From Chloroflexota bacterium (lineage in GTDB: Bacteria; Chloroflexota; Dormibacteria; CF-121): 64,000 nucleotides of DNA. The stretch is from positions 6,060 through 70,059 of the forward strand of contig VBHC01000111.1 of NCBI GenBank assembly GCA_005889535.1, read 5' to 3'. Numbering within the stretch: position 1 is the stretch's first letter; each line of letters starts with the position of its first letter. This document shows positions 1-9,871 of the stretch, piece after piece. The notes under the pieces are model-generated. The model made no database searches. It was not told where the DNA came from and saw only the letters and a list, made by a program, of their open reading frames with translations. The position numbers and the translations under genes are program-made.

Positions 1-810
1 AGCGATGCCGGCGAAGCGCGTGTCCTCGTGGACGACCAGCACCTTCCCCGTCTTCTTCGCGGTCGCGACGATGGCGGCCTGGTCGATCGGCTTGATGGTG
101 CGCAGATCCAGCACCTCCGCCGAGATGTCCTCGGCCGCGAGTTTCTCAGCCACCTCGAGGCAGTAGGTCAGCATCAAACCGTAGGCGATCAGGCTCAGAT
201 CCGTGCCTTCGCGCTTGACCTCGGCCTTGCCGATCGGCACCACGGCGTCGCCGCCGGGCACCTCGCCCTTCACCAATCGGTAGGTCCGCTTGTGCTCGAG
301 AAAGAGGACCGGATCCGGATCGCGGACCGCCGCTTTGAGCAGCCCCTTGGCATCGGCCGGCGTCCCGGGCGCGACCACCTTCAATCCCGGGATGTGGGCG
401 AAGGTCGCCTCGATGCTCTGCGAATGGTAGAGCGCGCCGTGCACTCCGCCGCCCCAGGGGGCCCGAATCACCATCGGCAGGCTGAAGTCACCGGCAGTCC
501 GGTAACAGAAGCGGGCCGCTTCCTCGATGATCTGGTTCATCGCCGGGGCGATGAAGTCGGCGAACTGGATCTCGGCGATCGGGCGCATCCCATTGACGGC
601 GGCGCCGATCGCCACCCCGACGATGCACGACTCGGCCAGCGGGGAGTCGATCACCCGCAATTCGCCGTACTTCTTGTATAGCCCGTCACTGGCCAGAAAG
701 ACGCCACCGCGCTGACCCACGTCCTCGCCGATCAAGAAGACCGACGGATCGCGGGCCATCTCCTCATCCATGCCTTCGCGGATCGCCTCGATGACGGTCT
801 TCTGCGCCAT
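1..810 (-). CDS. 2-oxoacid (pyruvate/branched-chain) dehydrogenase E1 component beta subunit, partial (C-terminus beyond window start)
   Basis: Reverse-complement translation from the ATG at 808..810 reads MAQKTVIEAIREGMDEEMARDPSVFLIGEDVG..., a typical transketolase-like E1 beta N-terminus. The start overlaps the E1 alpha stop (810..812) by 1 nt. The plus-strand ORF 28..681 is its antisense shadow. Confidence 0.8.
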   Translation of the reverse strand, partial: MAQKTVIEAIREGMDEEMARDPSVFLIGEDVGQRGGVFLASDGLYKKYGELRVIDSPLAESCIVGVAIGAAVNGMRPIAEIQFADFIAPAMNQIIEEAARFCYRTAGDFSLPMVIRAPWGGGVHGALYHSQSIEATFAHIPGLKVVAPGTPADAKGLLKAAVRDPDPVLFLEHKRTYRLVKGEVPGGDAVVPIGKAEVKREGTDLSLIAYGLMLTYCLEVAEKLAAEDISAEVLDLRTIKPIDQAAIVATAKKTGKVLVVHEDTRFAGIA

Positions 811-1847
811 CAGCTCACCGTTCCCTGCTTGTAGACGAACGTCATCAGGTCATCCGGCGTCGGGTCGGGCGCCTGCTCGGCATACTCCGTCGCCTCGTCG
901 ACCTGCTGGTCGACCCGCTCGGTGATGTCCTTTTCGACCGGATCCGTCAGGGTTGCGCTCTCTCGGAGGTACTTCGCGTAGCGCTGGATGGGATCCTTCT
1001 GTCGCCAGGTGGCGACCTCTTCGGCCTGACGATAGCGCTTGTCGTCGTCGTCGCTGGAGTGTGCCGTGAACCGGTAGGTCTTGGCCTCGATCAGCGTCGC
1101 TCCCTCGCCCCGGCGGGCCCGCTCCACCGCGTGTCGCGTCACCTCATAACAGGCCAGCACGTCGTTGCCATCGACCACGACGCCCGGAAATCCATAGCCG
1201 GCCGCCCGGTCGGCGAGGTTGGGGATCGCCATCTGACGGCTCTGGGGGACCGAGATCGCGTAGCCGTTGTTTTCACAAACGAAGATCACCGCCAGCTTGT
1301 GAATGCCGGCGAAGTTCATCGCCTCGTGGCAATCACCCTGGCTGGCCGCGCCTTCGCCGAAATAGGCGGCGGTGACCGCGTCCTCCTTGCGCTGTTTGGA
1401 TGCCAGCGCGATGCCCGCCGCGTGGAGCAGCTGGGTGGCCACCGGACTCCCGCCGGTCAGGATGTGCAACCGCCGGCTGCCAAAGTGCCCGGGCATCTGG
1501 CGGCCGCCGCTGTTAGGATCTTCGCGTCTGGCGAAGAAGGACAACATCTGGTCTTTCGCGGTCATGCCGAACCAGAGGATGACGCCGGCGTCGCGATAGT
1601 AGGGTGCCACCCAATCCTGACCCGGACGGAGCGCCGCCGCGCTGCCGACCTGGGCCCCCTCCTGGCCCTGGCACGAGATCACGAAGGGCGCCCGACCCTG
1701 CCGGTTGATCAACCACATGCGCTCGTCGACGGCACGCGCCAGCCGCATCACCTCGTAGATGCGCAACGCCTGGTCATCACTCAGGCCCAGCGACCGATGG
1801 CGGCTCTGACCGCCTTTGGCTTCGACTTCCTGGGTTTTGGTCGCCAT
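810..1847 (-). CDS. 2-oxoacid dehydrogenase E1 component alpha subunit (TPP-dependent)
   Basis: Translation shows the E1 alpha signature (..FGEGAASQGDCHEAMNFAG.., YRFTAHSSDDDD). The chosen ATG at 1845..1847 gives MATKTQEVEAKGG. The ORF-track start at 1946 is probably an upstream extension. Confidence 0.8.
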   Translation of the reverse strand: MATKTQEVEAKGGQSRHRSLGLSDDQALRIYEVMRLARAVDERMWLINRQGRAPFVISCQGQEGAQVGSAAALRPGQDWVAPYYRDAGVILWFGMTAKDQMLSFFARREDPNSGGRQMPGHFGSRRLHILTGGSPVATQLLHAAGIALASKQRKEDAVTAAYFGEGAASQGDCHEAMNFAGIHKLAVIFVCENNGYAISVPQSRQMAIPNLADRAAGYGFPGVVVDGNDVLACYEVTRHAVERARRGEGATLIEAKTYRFTAHSSDDDDKRYRQAEEVATWRQKDPIQRYAKYLRESATLTDPVEKDITERVDQQVDEATEYAEQAPDPTPDDLMTFVYKQGTVS

Positions 1848-1849
1848 CG

Positions 1850-3244
1850 TCAGATATGGATGGCGAGGCCGTCGACCGCCAGCGCCGCTTCCTTGACAGA
1901 TTCCGAAACCGTCGGGTGCGGATGGATGCTGGCGCCGATCTCCCACGGGGTCGACTCGAGCAACTTGGCCAGCGCCGTTTCCGAGATCAACTCGGTGGCG
2001 TTGGGGCCGATGATAAAGACGCCGAGCAAGTCACCGGAGTCGGCGTCGCTGATGATCTTGACGAAGCCTTCGGTTTCGCCCAAGATCACCGACTTGGCAT
2101 TGCCGACCAGTGGGAATTTTCCGACCTTGACCTTCAGCCCCTGGTCTTTGGCCTGCTTTTCCGACAATCCCAGGCTCGCCACCTGCGGGTAGGTGTAGGT
2201 CGCCCGCGGCACGCGATTGTAGTCGAGCGGCTTGGGGTTTTTGCCGGCGATGTACTCCATGATGTGTTCGCCCTCGTAGTAGGCAACATGGGCCAGCAGG
2301 AAATTCCCGATGACATCTCCGGCCGCATAAACGCTGGGATGCCCGGTCCGATAGTGCTCGTCGGTCTTGATGTAGCCCTTTTCAACCTGGATGTCGAGCT
2401 TCTCCAGCCCAAACCCGTCGGTGATGCCCTCGCGCCCGACGGCGACAAGCAACCGCTCACCATCGATGGTCTGGCTCTGCTCGCCAGTCTTCACTGCGAC
2501 GGTCATCTTGCCGTTCGCCTGCTTGAGCGTGTCTGCCTGCAGCTGGGCGCCGGTCAGCACCGTGATGCCGCGCTTACTGAGAACCTTGGCGAGCTGCTGC
2601 CCGACATCGGAGTCTTCGAGCGGCAGGAGGGTGGGGAGAAATTCGACCAGGGTGACCTTCGCGCCGTAGCCGTTGTAGACGCAGGCGAATTCGGTGCCGA
2701 CGGCGCCCGCGCCCACGATGACTATCGACTTCGGCATCCGATCCAGGCTGACCGCATGGTCGCTGTTGATCACCCGATCGCCATCCATGTTGAGACCGGG
2801 CAGTGACTTGGGCCGTGACCCGGTTGCGACGACCAGGTTCTTCGCATTGATCGCCTGACCGCTGCTCTTGACCACCACCTTGTGTTCCGACTCGATCACG
2901 CCTTCGCCCTGAAAGACGGTGACCTTGTTCTTCTTGAGCAGGAACTCGGTGCCGCGCCAGAGCTGGTTGACCACTGTGTCTTTCCGCTTGAGCACGGCCG
3001 GCCAGTCGACCTGCAGGCCATCGGTCTTGATGCCGAGCGCGGCAGCATCGTGGATCTGGTGAGCTAGCTCCGAGGAATGGAGGAACGACTTGGTAGGAAT
3101 GCAGCCGCGATGCAGGCAGGTCCCACCCACCTTCTCTTTCTCGATGACTGCGACCTTGAGCCCCAGCTGGGCTCCACGAATGGCACCGACATAGCCGGCG
3201 GAGCCGCCGCCGATGACGGCTACGTCAAACGCCTCATCGGGCAT
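1850..3244 (-). CDS. lpd: dihydrolipoyl dehydrogenase (E3)
   Basis: 464 aa with an FAD GxGxxG motif (VIGGGSAGY), the redox CxxxxC (GGTCLHRGCIP) and the C-terminal dimerisation HPHPT motif. Confidence 0.9.
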   Translation of the reverse strand: MPDEAFDVAVIGGGSAGYVGAIRGAQLGLKVAVIEKEKVGGTCLHRGCIPTKSFLHSSELAHQIHDAAALGIKTDGLQVDWPAVLKRKDTVVNQLWRGTEFLLKKNKVTVFQGEGVIESEHKVVVKSSGQAINAKNLVVATGSRPKSLPGLNMDGDRVINSDHAVSLDRMPKSIVIVGAGAVGTEFACVYNGYGAKVTLVEFLPTLLPLEDSDVGQQLAKVLSKRGITVLTGAQLQADTLKQANGKMTVAVKTGEQSQTIDGERLLVAVGREGITDGFGLEKLDIQVEKGYIKTDEHYRTGHPSVYAAGDVIGNFLLAHVAYYEGEHIMEYIAGKNPKPLDYNRVPRATYTYPQVASLGLSEKQAKDQGLKVKVGKFPLVGNAKSVILGETEGFVKIISDADSGDLLGVFIIGPNATELISETALAKLLESTPWEIGASIHPHPTVSESVKEAALAVDGLAIHI

Positions 3245-3278
3245 ACGAAACGATTGTACCCAGCCACCGACGGGTCAC

Positions 3279-4562
3279 CTAACTCTCCAGCAGCGTCAGC
3301 GCGGCGGCGAGCTGAAGGTCCTTGGAGAAATCGTTGGGCGCCTGGTCGACCGCGTACTCATCCTGGGCACTGGGCAGCGTCACCGTCTTGTCCGGGGTGA
3401 TCCCCGTCTTCTCGATCGAGTGACGGTTGGGCGTCAGCCAGTAGGCGATCGTCAGGTGCAGGTCGCCGTTGCCGTTGCGCAGCGGGAAGTCTTCCTGAAC
3501 CGAACCCTTGCCGAAGGTCTTGACGCCGACCAGCTTTCCCCGGGCATGATCCTTGATCGCGCCGGCGGTGATCTCCGAGGCGCTCGCGGAGTTCTCGTTG
3601 ACCAGCACCACGAGGGGATTGCCGAAGGCACGCCCGGTGCCGGTAACACTGCGGATCTCGTCCTTCCCATTACGCGGCACCAGGATCGTGCTGGTCCCGC
3701 TGCTGACGAATTCGCTGATGAGGTCGTTGGCTGCATCCACGTAGCCGCCCGGGTTATCCCGCAGGTCCAGCAGGATCCTGCTGACCGACCCCTTGAGGTT
3801 GGCCTTCAACGCCTGGTCGAATTCGGTGGCCGTTCGGCTCCCAAAGTCGAAGACGCGGATGTAGAGCACCCGGTTGTCGAAGACATGCGTGGCGACACTG
3901 GGCACGTTGATCTCCTGGCGGGTCAGGTCGAAGTTCAGCGTCTTGCCATTGCGGCTCACCCGAACCTGGACGTGCGTGCCAGCCTTTCCGCGGATGTGGT
4001 TGACCGCGTCGTCGGCCGTCCATCCGGCGGTGCTCTGCCCGTCCACCGCGGTGATCACGTCCCCCGGCTTCATGCCGGCCGTCTCCGCCGGCGTCCCGGG
4101 GAGGACACTGGCGATCAGGATCTGGTCGCCCTTCTGCTGCACCGAGGCGCCGATCCCGGCAAACTGGCCGTTGAGGAAGCTCTGGTTCGAACCGTACTCA
4201 TCCGGCGTCAGGTAACGCGAGAACTGGTCGCCGAGGCCGCCCACCATCCCGGAGGCCGCACCCTGCGTCAGTTTCACGCCATCGGGGTTCGACTTGACAT
4301 AGTGCTGCTGGATGTTGGTGAAGACTTCGTCCAGCACACGGTAATCAACATTCGACTTCGGTGGCGTGTAGAACAACAATGCCCTGGTCCAGTCGGGGGC
4401 ATAGCCACCCCACTGGAACTCGGCCAGGCTCCCCGCGTAGAACGCCACGATGGCGACCACGATCAGGATCGCGATGTTCTTGAAGCGACTCATGAAAGGA
4501 TTATCGCCGGGTACGGACGCAGACCCGGGGACGGAAGCCGCGTGGCCGGCCGGCTCGATCAC
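3279..4562 (-). CDS. ctpA: C-terminal processing peptidase (S41, PDZ-containing), membrane-anchored
   Basis: N-terminal TM segment (FKNIAILIVVAIVAF), a PDZ region (GDVITAVDG) and the S41 core (LLDLRDNPGGYV ... TFGKGSVQ). The GTG at 4560..4562 overlaps the upstream stop (GTGA). An alternative ATG lies at 4491..4493. Confidence 0.8.
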   Translation of the reverse strand: MIEPAGHAASVPGSASVPGDNPFMSRFKNIAILIVVAIVAFYAGSLAEFQWGGYAPDWTRALLFYTPPKSNVDYRVLDEVFTNIQQHYVKSNPDGVKLTQGAASGMVGGLGDQFSRYLTPDEYGSNQSFLNGQFAGIGASVQQKGDQILIASVLPGTPAETAGMKPGDVITAVDGQSTAGWTADDAVNHIRGKAGTHVQVRVSRNGKTLNFDLTRQEINVPSVATHVFDNRVLYIRVFDFGSRTATEFDQALKANLKGSVSRILLDLRDNPGGYVDAANDLISEFVSSGTSTILVPRNGKDEIRSVTGTGRAFGNPLVVLVNENSASASEITAGAIKDHARGKLVGVKTFGKGSVQEDFPLRNGNGDLHLTIAYWLTPNRHSIEKTGITPDKTVTLPSAQDEYAVDQAPNDFSKDLQLAAALTLLES

Positions 4563-5731
4563 GAGAGTGGCAGGTAGGCCAGTGGGTCGACGGGCGTGCC
4601 GGCGAGATCGATCTCGAAATGGACGTGGGGGCCGGTAGAGTTCCCGGTGGAACCCTCGTAGCCGATGACGGTGTCCTTGTCGACCTGAGCCCCTTCAGCG
4701 ACGGCCCAGCCGGAGAGATGGCCATACAGCGTGGTGAAGCCGCCGGCATGGACCATCACCACGTAGCGCCCGTAGCCGCAGAGGGCGCTCGGGTTCCAGC
4801 TGCACCCCATGGCGAAGTTGTGCACGATCCCACCGTCGGCCGCATGCACCGGGGTGCCATAGTCCGTCGCGATGTCGAGGCCGCTATGGAAGTGATGGCT
4901 GGGGCAGCTGGGATCGTAGGGCTCGAACGGATAACTGGTGCACCCGAAGCCCTGGGTGATGACCCCGTCGATCGGCCACTTCCACTTGCCGGATGACCGC
5001 GCCCGAAAGCTCTCGCGCACGAGCGACGCGATCTGCGACTGCAGGGCCGCCCGTTGCGCCTGCATATCGGCCAGTTGACGCTGGAACTGGGCTTCGATTG
5101 CGGCGATCTGTTGCTGACGGGCGGCCCGCTGGTCGCGCATCGCCTGCAACTGGGCCTTCTGGTCCTTGATCTGCTTGACGACCTGCGCTTGCTGAGCCTG
5201 CTTGCTCTCGAGGTCGGCCTTCAAGGCCTCCATGGCGGCCCGTTCCTTCTGCAGCTCGGCGACCTGCCGGCGGTCCTCGCGAACGATGTCGTTGAAGAAG
5301 AAGATCCGGTTCATCAGGTCGGTGAAGTTGGCCGCCGAGAAAACCAGCTCCAGCCCGCTCACCTGGCCGCTCTTGTACATGATGCGCATCCGGCGGCCAA
5401 AATCGGCGATGTGCTGGGCGAGCTCCGCTTGCTTGAGCGCCAGCTCCTCCTTCGCCTGGTCGATCTGTTGCCCGATCACGACCAGCTTTTGCGTTTCCTG
5501 GTCGATCTGCGTCTGCACCGTCCGCAGCTGGGAGTCAAGGGCCGCGATCTGACCCTGCAGCGCCCGCTCCTGCGCGAGGAGCTGCCCGATCTGCGTCCGG
5601 GTGGCGATGATCTGGCCGTTGAGGCCCTGCAGCTGGCGCTGTTTGTCGTAGACGCTGTCCGAGACGGCGCCGAGCAAGACAACGGTCAATACCGTTACGG
5701 CCAGGGCCGCGTGGAATCGCGACGGCCTCAC
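4559..5731 (-). CDS. coiled-coil M23 peptidoglycan endopeptidase (EnvC/PcsB-like, catalytic motifs intact)
   Basis: Signal/TM segment, then ~230 aa of Q/A/L-rich coiled coil, then an M23 domain with HSGLD (HxxxD) and HVHFE (HxH). It overlaps the ftsX stop by 4 nt (ATGA). Confidence 0.8.
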   Translation of the reverse strand: MRPSRFHAALAVTVLTVVLLGAVSDSVYDKQRQLQGLNGQIIATRTQIGQLLAQERALQGQIAALDSQLRTVQTQIDQETQKLVVIGQQIDQAKEELALKQAELAQHIADFGRRMRIMYKSGQVSGLELVFSAANFTDLMNRIFFFNDIVREDRRQVAELQKERAAMEALKADLESKQAQQAQVVKQIKDQKAQLQAMRDQRAARQQQIAAIEAQFQRQLADMQAQRAALQSQIASLVRESFRARSSGKWKWPIDGVITQGFGCTSYPFEPYDPSCPSHHFHSGLDIATDYGTPVHAADGGIVHNFAMGCSWNPSALCGYGRYVVMVHAGGFTTLYGHLSGWAVAEGAQVDKDTVIGYEGSTGNSTGPHVHFEIDLAGTPVDPLAYLPLS

Positions 5732-6675
5732 TGCTTGAGGAACCGCCTTACGCCCAGATAGCTCCCAACGCTTCCGAGTAACAGGCCGAAACCGAGCATC
5801 GCCGCCAGCACGATTCGCAGATACACCGGGTCAAAGGCAAGCGGAACAAAGATCAGCACGCTCTGGAGGTTGATCACCGCCGGCCGGTAGCCAAAACCAA
5901 CGATGAGGACGGCGACCGCGGCACCCGCGACGCCCACGATCAGCCCTTCGACGATGAATGGCCAGCGCACGAACCAGTCCGTGGCGCCGACCAGCTTCAT
6001 GACTTCGATCTCCTTGCGGCGCAGGTAGATCGCGGTTCGGATGGTCAGCATGATGATGAAGACCGAGAGCCCCGTCAGGCCGATGATCAACACCAGCCCC
6101 GCGATCCCCGCCACTCGAGCCAGCAGGATGATCTTGTCGATCACGTTGGGCTCGTAGTTCGTCGAGGGGGATTTATCGACCAATGGCGAGTTCCGAACTT
6201 CCTGGTCGATCGCCGCGAGATCGCGGATGTCCTTGACTGTGACGTCCAGGCTGGCCGGCAGCGGGTTGGTGCCCAGGGTGTCGATCACGCTTGGGTCCAA
6301 CGCCGGCAGCTGCCGAAACCTTGCCATGGCCTGATCCTTGGACACGTAGGTCACGTCGGTCACCCGCGGGTCATTCTCAAGGTGCAGCTTGAAATCCATG
6401 GCGCTGCTGAGCGGCGTCGTGTCCGCCAGATAGACCGAGATGGCGCTGGCCTTCGTTTTCTCGAGGGCCACGATCTGATCGAGCGAATGCAGGACGAGCA
6501 GCAGGCTGCCCAGCGCGAGCAGCACCACCCAGACGATGAGCACGCTGGCCACACTGACGGCGGCATTCCGCCAGAAGTTCTGCCAGGCGCTGCTGAAGGC
6601 GAAGTCAATGCGATTCCAGAGCCGGTGCATGGTACCCTCCTGCATCTTCGTCTCTGACAATCTGGCCACCTTCAA
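5728..6675 (-). CDS. ftsX: cell-division permease-like protein FtsX
   Basis: Four-TM FtsX topology with a large extracellular loop and the C-terminal LIVGFGY..LGSVGSYLGVRRFL. The true start may be the internal MHRLWNRIDF at ~6630. Confidence 0.75.
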   Translation of the reverse strand: MKVARLSETKMQEGTMHRLWNRIDFAFSSAWQNFWRNAAVSVASVLIVWVVLLALGSLLLVLHSLDQIVALEKTKASAISVYLADTTPLSSAMDFKLHLENDPRVTDVTYVSKDQAMARFRQLPALDPSVIDTLGTNPLPASLDVTVKDIRDLAAIDQEVRNSPLVDKSPSTNYEPNVIDKIILLARVAGIAGLVLIIGLTGLSVFIIMLTIRTAIYLRRKEIEVMKLVGATDWFVRWPFIVEGLIVGVAGAAVAVLIVGFGYRPAVINLQSVLIFVPLAFDPVYLRIVLAAMLGFGLLLGSVGSYLGVRRFLKQ

Positions 6676-7387
6676 TGGCCACCACCCGGCGCCGCATCAC
6701 GTCGACAATCTCGCGGTTGTGCGTCGCCATCATCACCGTCGTCCCACGCGCGTTGATCTGGAGCAGCAACTGGATGATCTCCCACGACGTCGCCGGGTCA
6801 AGGTTGCCGGTCGGTTCATCCGCGAGGAAGATCCGTGGGTCGTGCACGAGCGCGCGCGCGATTGCCACCCTCTGCTGCTCACCGCCCGATAGCTGCTCGG
6901 GAAACTTCGTTTCCTTTCCTTCCAGACCGACGATGCTGAGCACTTCCTCGACCTTGGGCTTGAGGTGGCGCAGGGCGCCCTCGGTGACACGCAAGGCAAA
7001 GGCGACGTTCTGGAAGACCGTGAGATTCGGCAGCAACTTGAAATCCTGGAAGACCATGCCGATCTTGCGGCGCAGGTACGGCAGGTGCCGGCGCTTCAGG
7101 CGGCTCAGGTCCTGGCCCTCCACCTGAATCGTGCCGGCGGTCACCTTCTCTTCCCGGATCAACAGGCGAACCAGGGTCGACTTGCCTGCTCCGCTCGGCC
7201 CGACCAGGAAGACGAAATCCTGCTTGGGAATGTCGAGGGTGACGTCCCGCAGCGCCACGGTCCCATTGGGGTAGGTCTTCTCCACGTGTGCGAGGTGGAT
7301 CTGCGGGGCAGCCTCGACTACGGCGGCCACGCGCGCCCTCTCTGGCGACAGTATGCGGGTCGGCTGGGTCGTGGTTGTTGCTGGCAC
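6605..7387 (-). CDS. ftsE: cell-division ATP-binding protein FtsE
   Basis: Walker A GPSGAGKST, ABC signature LSGGEQQRVAIARAL and Walker B IFLADEPTGNLD. Exact start is uncertain. Confidence 0.8.
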   Translation of the reverse strand: MPATTTTQPTRILSPERARVAAVVEAAPQIHLAHVEKTYPNGTVALRDVTLDIPKQDFVFLVGPSGAGKSTLVRLLIREEKVTAGTIQVEGQDLSRLKRRHLPYLRRKIGMVFQDFKLLPNLTVFQNVAFALRVTEGALRHLKPKVEEVLSIVGLEGKETKFPEQLSGGEQQRVAIARALVHDPRIFLADEPTGNLDPATSWEIIQLLLQINARGTTVMMATHNREIVDVMRRRVVAIEGGQIVRDEDAGGYHAPALESH

Positions 7388-7539
7388 GTAAACAAATCCA
7401 TTCCGAAAGCCGGTGCCACGACGGGCTGGCCCCTTGAGGGCCGGATGACTTCGGAAGTATAGGGCATCCTGTCGCGCATTGCTGCCTCAGTTCACTGTGC
7501 GTCCAAAGCTTGCCCGCCTCCATCTTTATACTCAGGCGA

Positions 7540-8544
7540 ATGCCCAACCCGGCCGCTCCACTCGTGAGTGTCGAGCGGGCCGATGTGGCGGAGGCAATCC
7601 ATCTCGGGCACCTGGCCGTGGTCGATGCGGATGGCCAGGCCCGCGCCGTCGCCGGCGATCCCGACCATCTGACCTATTTCCGCTCGTGCGCGAAACCGTT
7701 TCAGTCCATGGGCAGCCTTGGGACCGGGATCGCCCATCGCTTCGACCTGCGCCCCGACCATATCGCGATCATGTCGGCCTCACACAACGGCGAACCCCGC
7801 CACGTTGAAATCGTTCGCGACCTGCTGGCGCGGGCGGCGATCCCCGAATCGGCGCTCCAGTGCGGGGCTCACTGGCCTATCCACGAGGCCTCGGCCGCGA
7901 TGGCTCGCCGGCAAATGACCGAGCCGCTGGCCGTCTTCAACAACTGTTCCGGCAAGCACGCCGGCATGCTGGCGGCGGCGAAGGCACTCGATGCGCCGCT
8001 TGAGACCTACCTCGAGCCCGATCATCCCCTGCAGCGGCGGATTTCTGACGTGATCGCCGCGTACACCCACCTCCCATCGCCATCGATTCATTACGGCATC
8101 GACGGTTGCAGCGCGCCGAATGCGGCGGTCCCACTGGCGACGATGGCGCGGAGCTTCGCTGCTCTGGTCCGGTCCGAGGAGGAAACCCCGCGCGCCGTGG
8201 TCGCGGCCATGACCGGGAATCCCTTCCTGGTCGGCGGAACCGATCGGTTCGACACCCGTCTGATGGAGGCGACCAGTGGCCGGCTGCTGGCGAAGGGCGG
8301 CGCGGCCGGCGCACACTGTAGCGCCGATCGTGAGTCCGGGCTGGGCCTGGCCATCAAACTCGACAGCGGCGACGGCACCTGGACGGCCGTAGCGGTGATG
8401 GCGGCGCTCGATCGCCTCGGCTGGCTGAAGCCGGCTGAGCGTCAGGCACTCAGCGCCTTCGCCCGTCCGACCCTGCGCAACCATAGGCGACTGGCCGTTG
8501 GCATCGTCCGTCCGGTGCTCCAACTCGATGTAACGGCCATGTAA
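7540..8544 (+). CDS. L-asparaginase II family protein (PF06089-like)
   Basis: N-terminal pattern E..HLGHLAVVDADG..AGDPD...FRSCAKPFQ...SHNGEPRHV...ESALQCGAHWP matches my recollection of the asparaginase-II family. The in-frame TTG at 7510 is an alternative start. Confidence 0.5.
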   Translation: MPNPAAPLVSVERADVAEAIHLGHLAVVDADGQARAVAGDPDHLTYFRSCAKPFQSMGSLGTGIAHRFDLRPDHIAIMSASHNGEPRHVEIVRDLLARAAIPESALQCGAHWPIHEASAAMARRQMTEPLAVFNNCSGKHAGMLAAAKALDAPLETYLEPDHPLQRRISDVIAAYTHLPSPSIHYGIDGCSAPNAAVPLATMARSFAALVRSEEETPRAVVAAMTGNPFLVGGTDRFDTRLMEATSGRLLAKGGAAGAHCSADRESGLGLAIKLDSGDGTWTAVAVMAALDRLGWLKPAERQALSAFARPTLRNHRRLAVGIVRPVLQLDVTAM

Positions 8545-8563
8545 CAGCAGGCGTGACCTGCCC

Positions 8564-9868
8564 GTGTCCGCGGGTTATATGCGAGTGCGCCGATTGCTGG
8601 GTTGGCCCGATCCGGGCCAGGTTGCCCTCAGCGCCCTGATCGGAATCCTGCTGGCCTTTTACGCCGCGCGCTTCCTGCTGCCCCTGCTGGCTCCCCAGCC
8701 GCCCCGCGCCGACGACTTCCAGGACTACCTGTTCGCCGCCCAGCAGATCGCCACCGGTGGCGACCCGTACGCGAACTTCATCCGCAACCACGTGCCCTGG
8801 GACTGGTCCCTGAGCAGCGGGTACCTCTATCCGCCGGCATTCGCCGTCACCCTGATTCCCCTCACCTGGGTGTCGAACGACCTCGCCGTCCGGATCTGGT
8901 TGTTCCTGATCCAGGCGGCGGTCCTGGCCAGCCTGGTGATCATCTACCGCGTGATCGGCTGGCCGCGTCGCGCCGAGCTGCTCGCGGTTGTCGCCGTGCT
9001 GACCACCTTCTTTCCGCTGGCCAACACCGTGTACGCCGGAGCGATGAACTCCCTGCTCTTGCTCTTGCTCACCGGCAGCTGGGCCTGCTGGCAGCGCCGC
9101 CAGGACATCGCAACGGGCGCGCTGGTCGGCATCGCGGCGATCTTCAAACTGTTTCCGCTCGCCCTTCTCCCCTACCTCGTCTGGCGGCGCCACTTCACGC
9201 TGGTCGCCGTCCTGGGTCTCACCGGCCTGGGCGGGCTCGCCCTCGGCCTGGCCGTGACCAGCCTTGACCACAACATCTATTACTTCCGCGAGATGCTCCC
9301 GCACCTGGCAGCGGGCACCGGCTACCGCGAGAACCAGTCGCTCGCCGGCTTCACCGCCCGGATCTGCCAGCCCTCGAGCGCCGACGCCGGCGGCGGGGCG
9401 GGATGGTGTGGGCGGGTGCTCGACTGGCCGCTCATTGTCGGATTGCTCGTGATCGTGCTGCGCGCCACATCGCGCGCCTCGCGGACCGGCCTGGAGTTCG
9501 CGCTGGCCGTCAGCGCTCTGCCCCTCGTCAGCAGCGTGACCTGGAGCTTCCACCTGGTGATCCTCATCCTCCCCATTGCCCTTTTGATCCGGCTGGCGTT
9601 CACCGGCGCCGTGTCGCGGGTTGGCGGTCGGGTCCTCATGGCCGCCTGGCTCTGCTTTTCGGTGCTGCCCGGGCTCCACTACCTGCTGATCGTCCACCCT
9701 CTCCCCCACTGGCCAGGCCCGCTCGACCTGGTCTCGCTGGGTGTGGCGCGACTCGCTGGCGAGGCCTACGTCATCGGGACCCTCATCATCTTCGGTAGCA
9801 CGTGGGTCGCCCTTCGCAACAGCCGTCAGGCCGCCGCCGAGGCGGTGCGACCGGCAGTGGCCGCCTAG
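8564..9868 (+). CDS. GT-C membrane glycosyltransferase, GT87/DUF2029-like (polyprenyl-P-mannose-dependent mannosyltransferase family), copy 1
   Basis: About 11 TM segments. First-loop motif DFQDYLFAAQQIATGGDPYA and the conserved Lys segment AAIFKLFPLALLPYL are shared with six paralogs in the 27-35 kb cluster. Confidence 0.6.
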   Translation: MSAGYMRVRRLLGWPDPGQVALSALIGILLAFYAARFLLPLLAPQPPRADDFQDYLFAAQQIATGGDPYANFIRNHVPWDWSLSSGYLYPPAFAVTLIPLTWVSNDLAVRIWLFLIQAAVLASLVIIYRVIGWPRRAELLAVVAVLTTFFPLANTVYAGAMNSLLLLLLTGSWACWQRRQDIATGALVGIAAIFKLFPLALLPYLVWRRHFTLVAVLGLTGLGGLALGLAVTSLDHNIYYFREMLPHLAAGTGYRENQSLAGFTARICQPSSADAGGGAGWCGRVLDWPLIVGLLVIVLRATSRASRTGLEFALAVSALPLVSSVTWSFHLVILILPIALLIRLAFTGAVSRVGGRVLMAAWLCFSVLPGLHYLLIVHPLPHWPGPLDLVSLGVARLAGEAYVIGTLIIFGSTWVALRNSRQAAAEAVRPAVAA

Positions 9869-9871
9869 CCC

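Noticed and set aside
28-681. 217-aa plus-strand ORF at the window start
   Set aside because: It is antisense to the E1 beta gene, whose minus-strand translation is a clean conserved E1 beta N-terminus. Its Arg/Gly/Asp-rich composition is typical of a high-GC frame shadow.
3213-4577. 454-aa plus-strand ORF overlapping ctpA
   Set aside because: Antisense shadow of the S41 protease gene. It has no motifs and an R/G/D-rich composition. Other plus-strand shadows fall in the same class, e.g. 1059..2192, 5054..5761, 13290..14867, 19790..21340, 21612..23555, 24012..25208 and 47889..49232.
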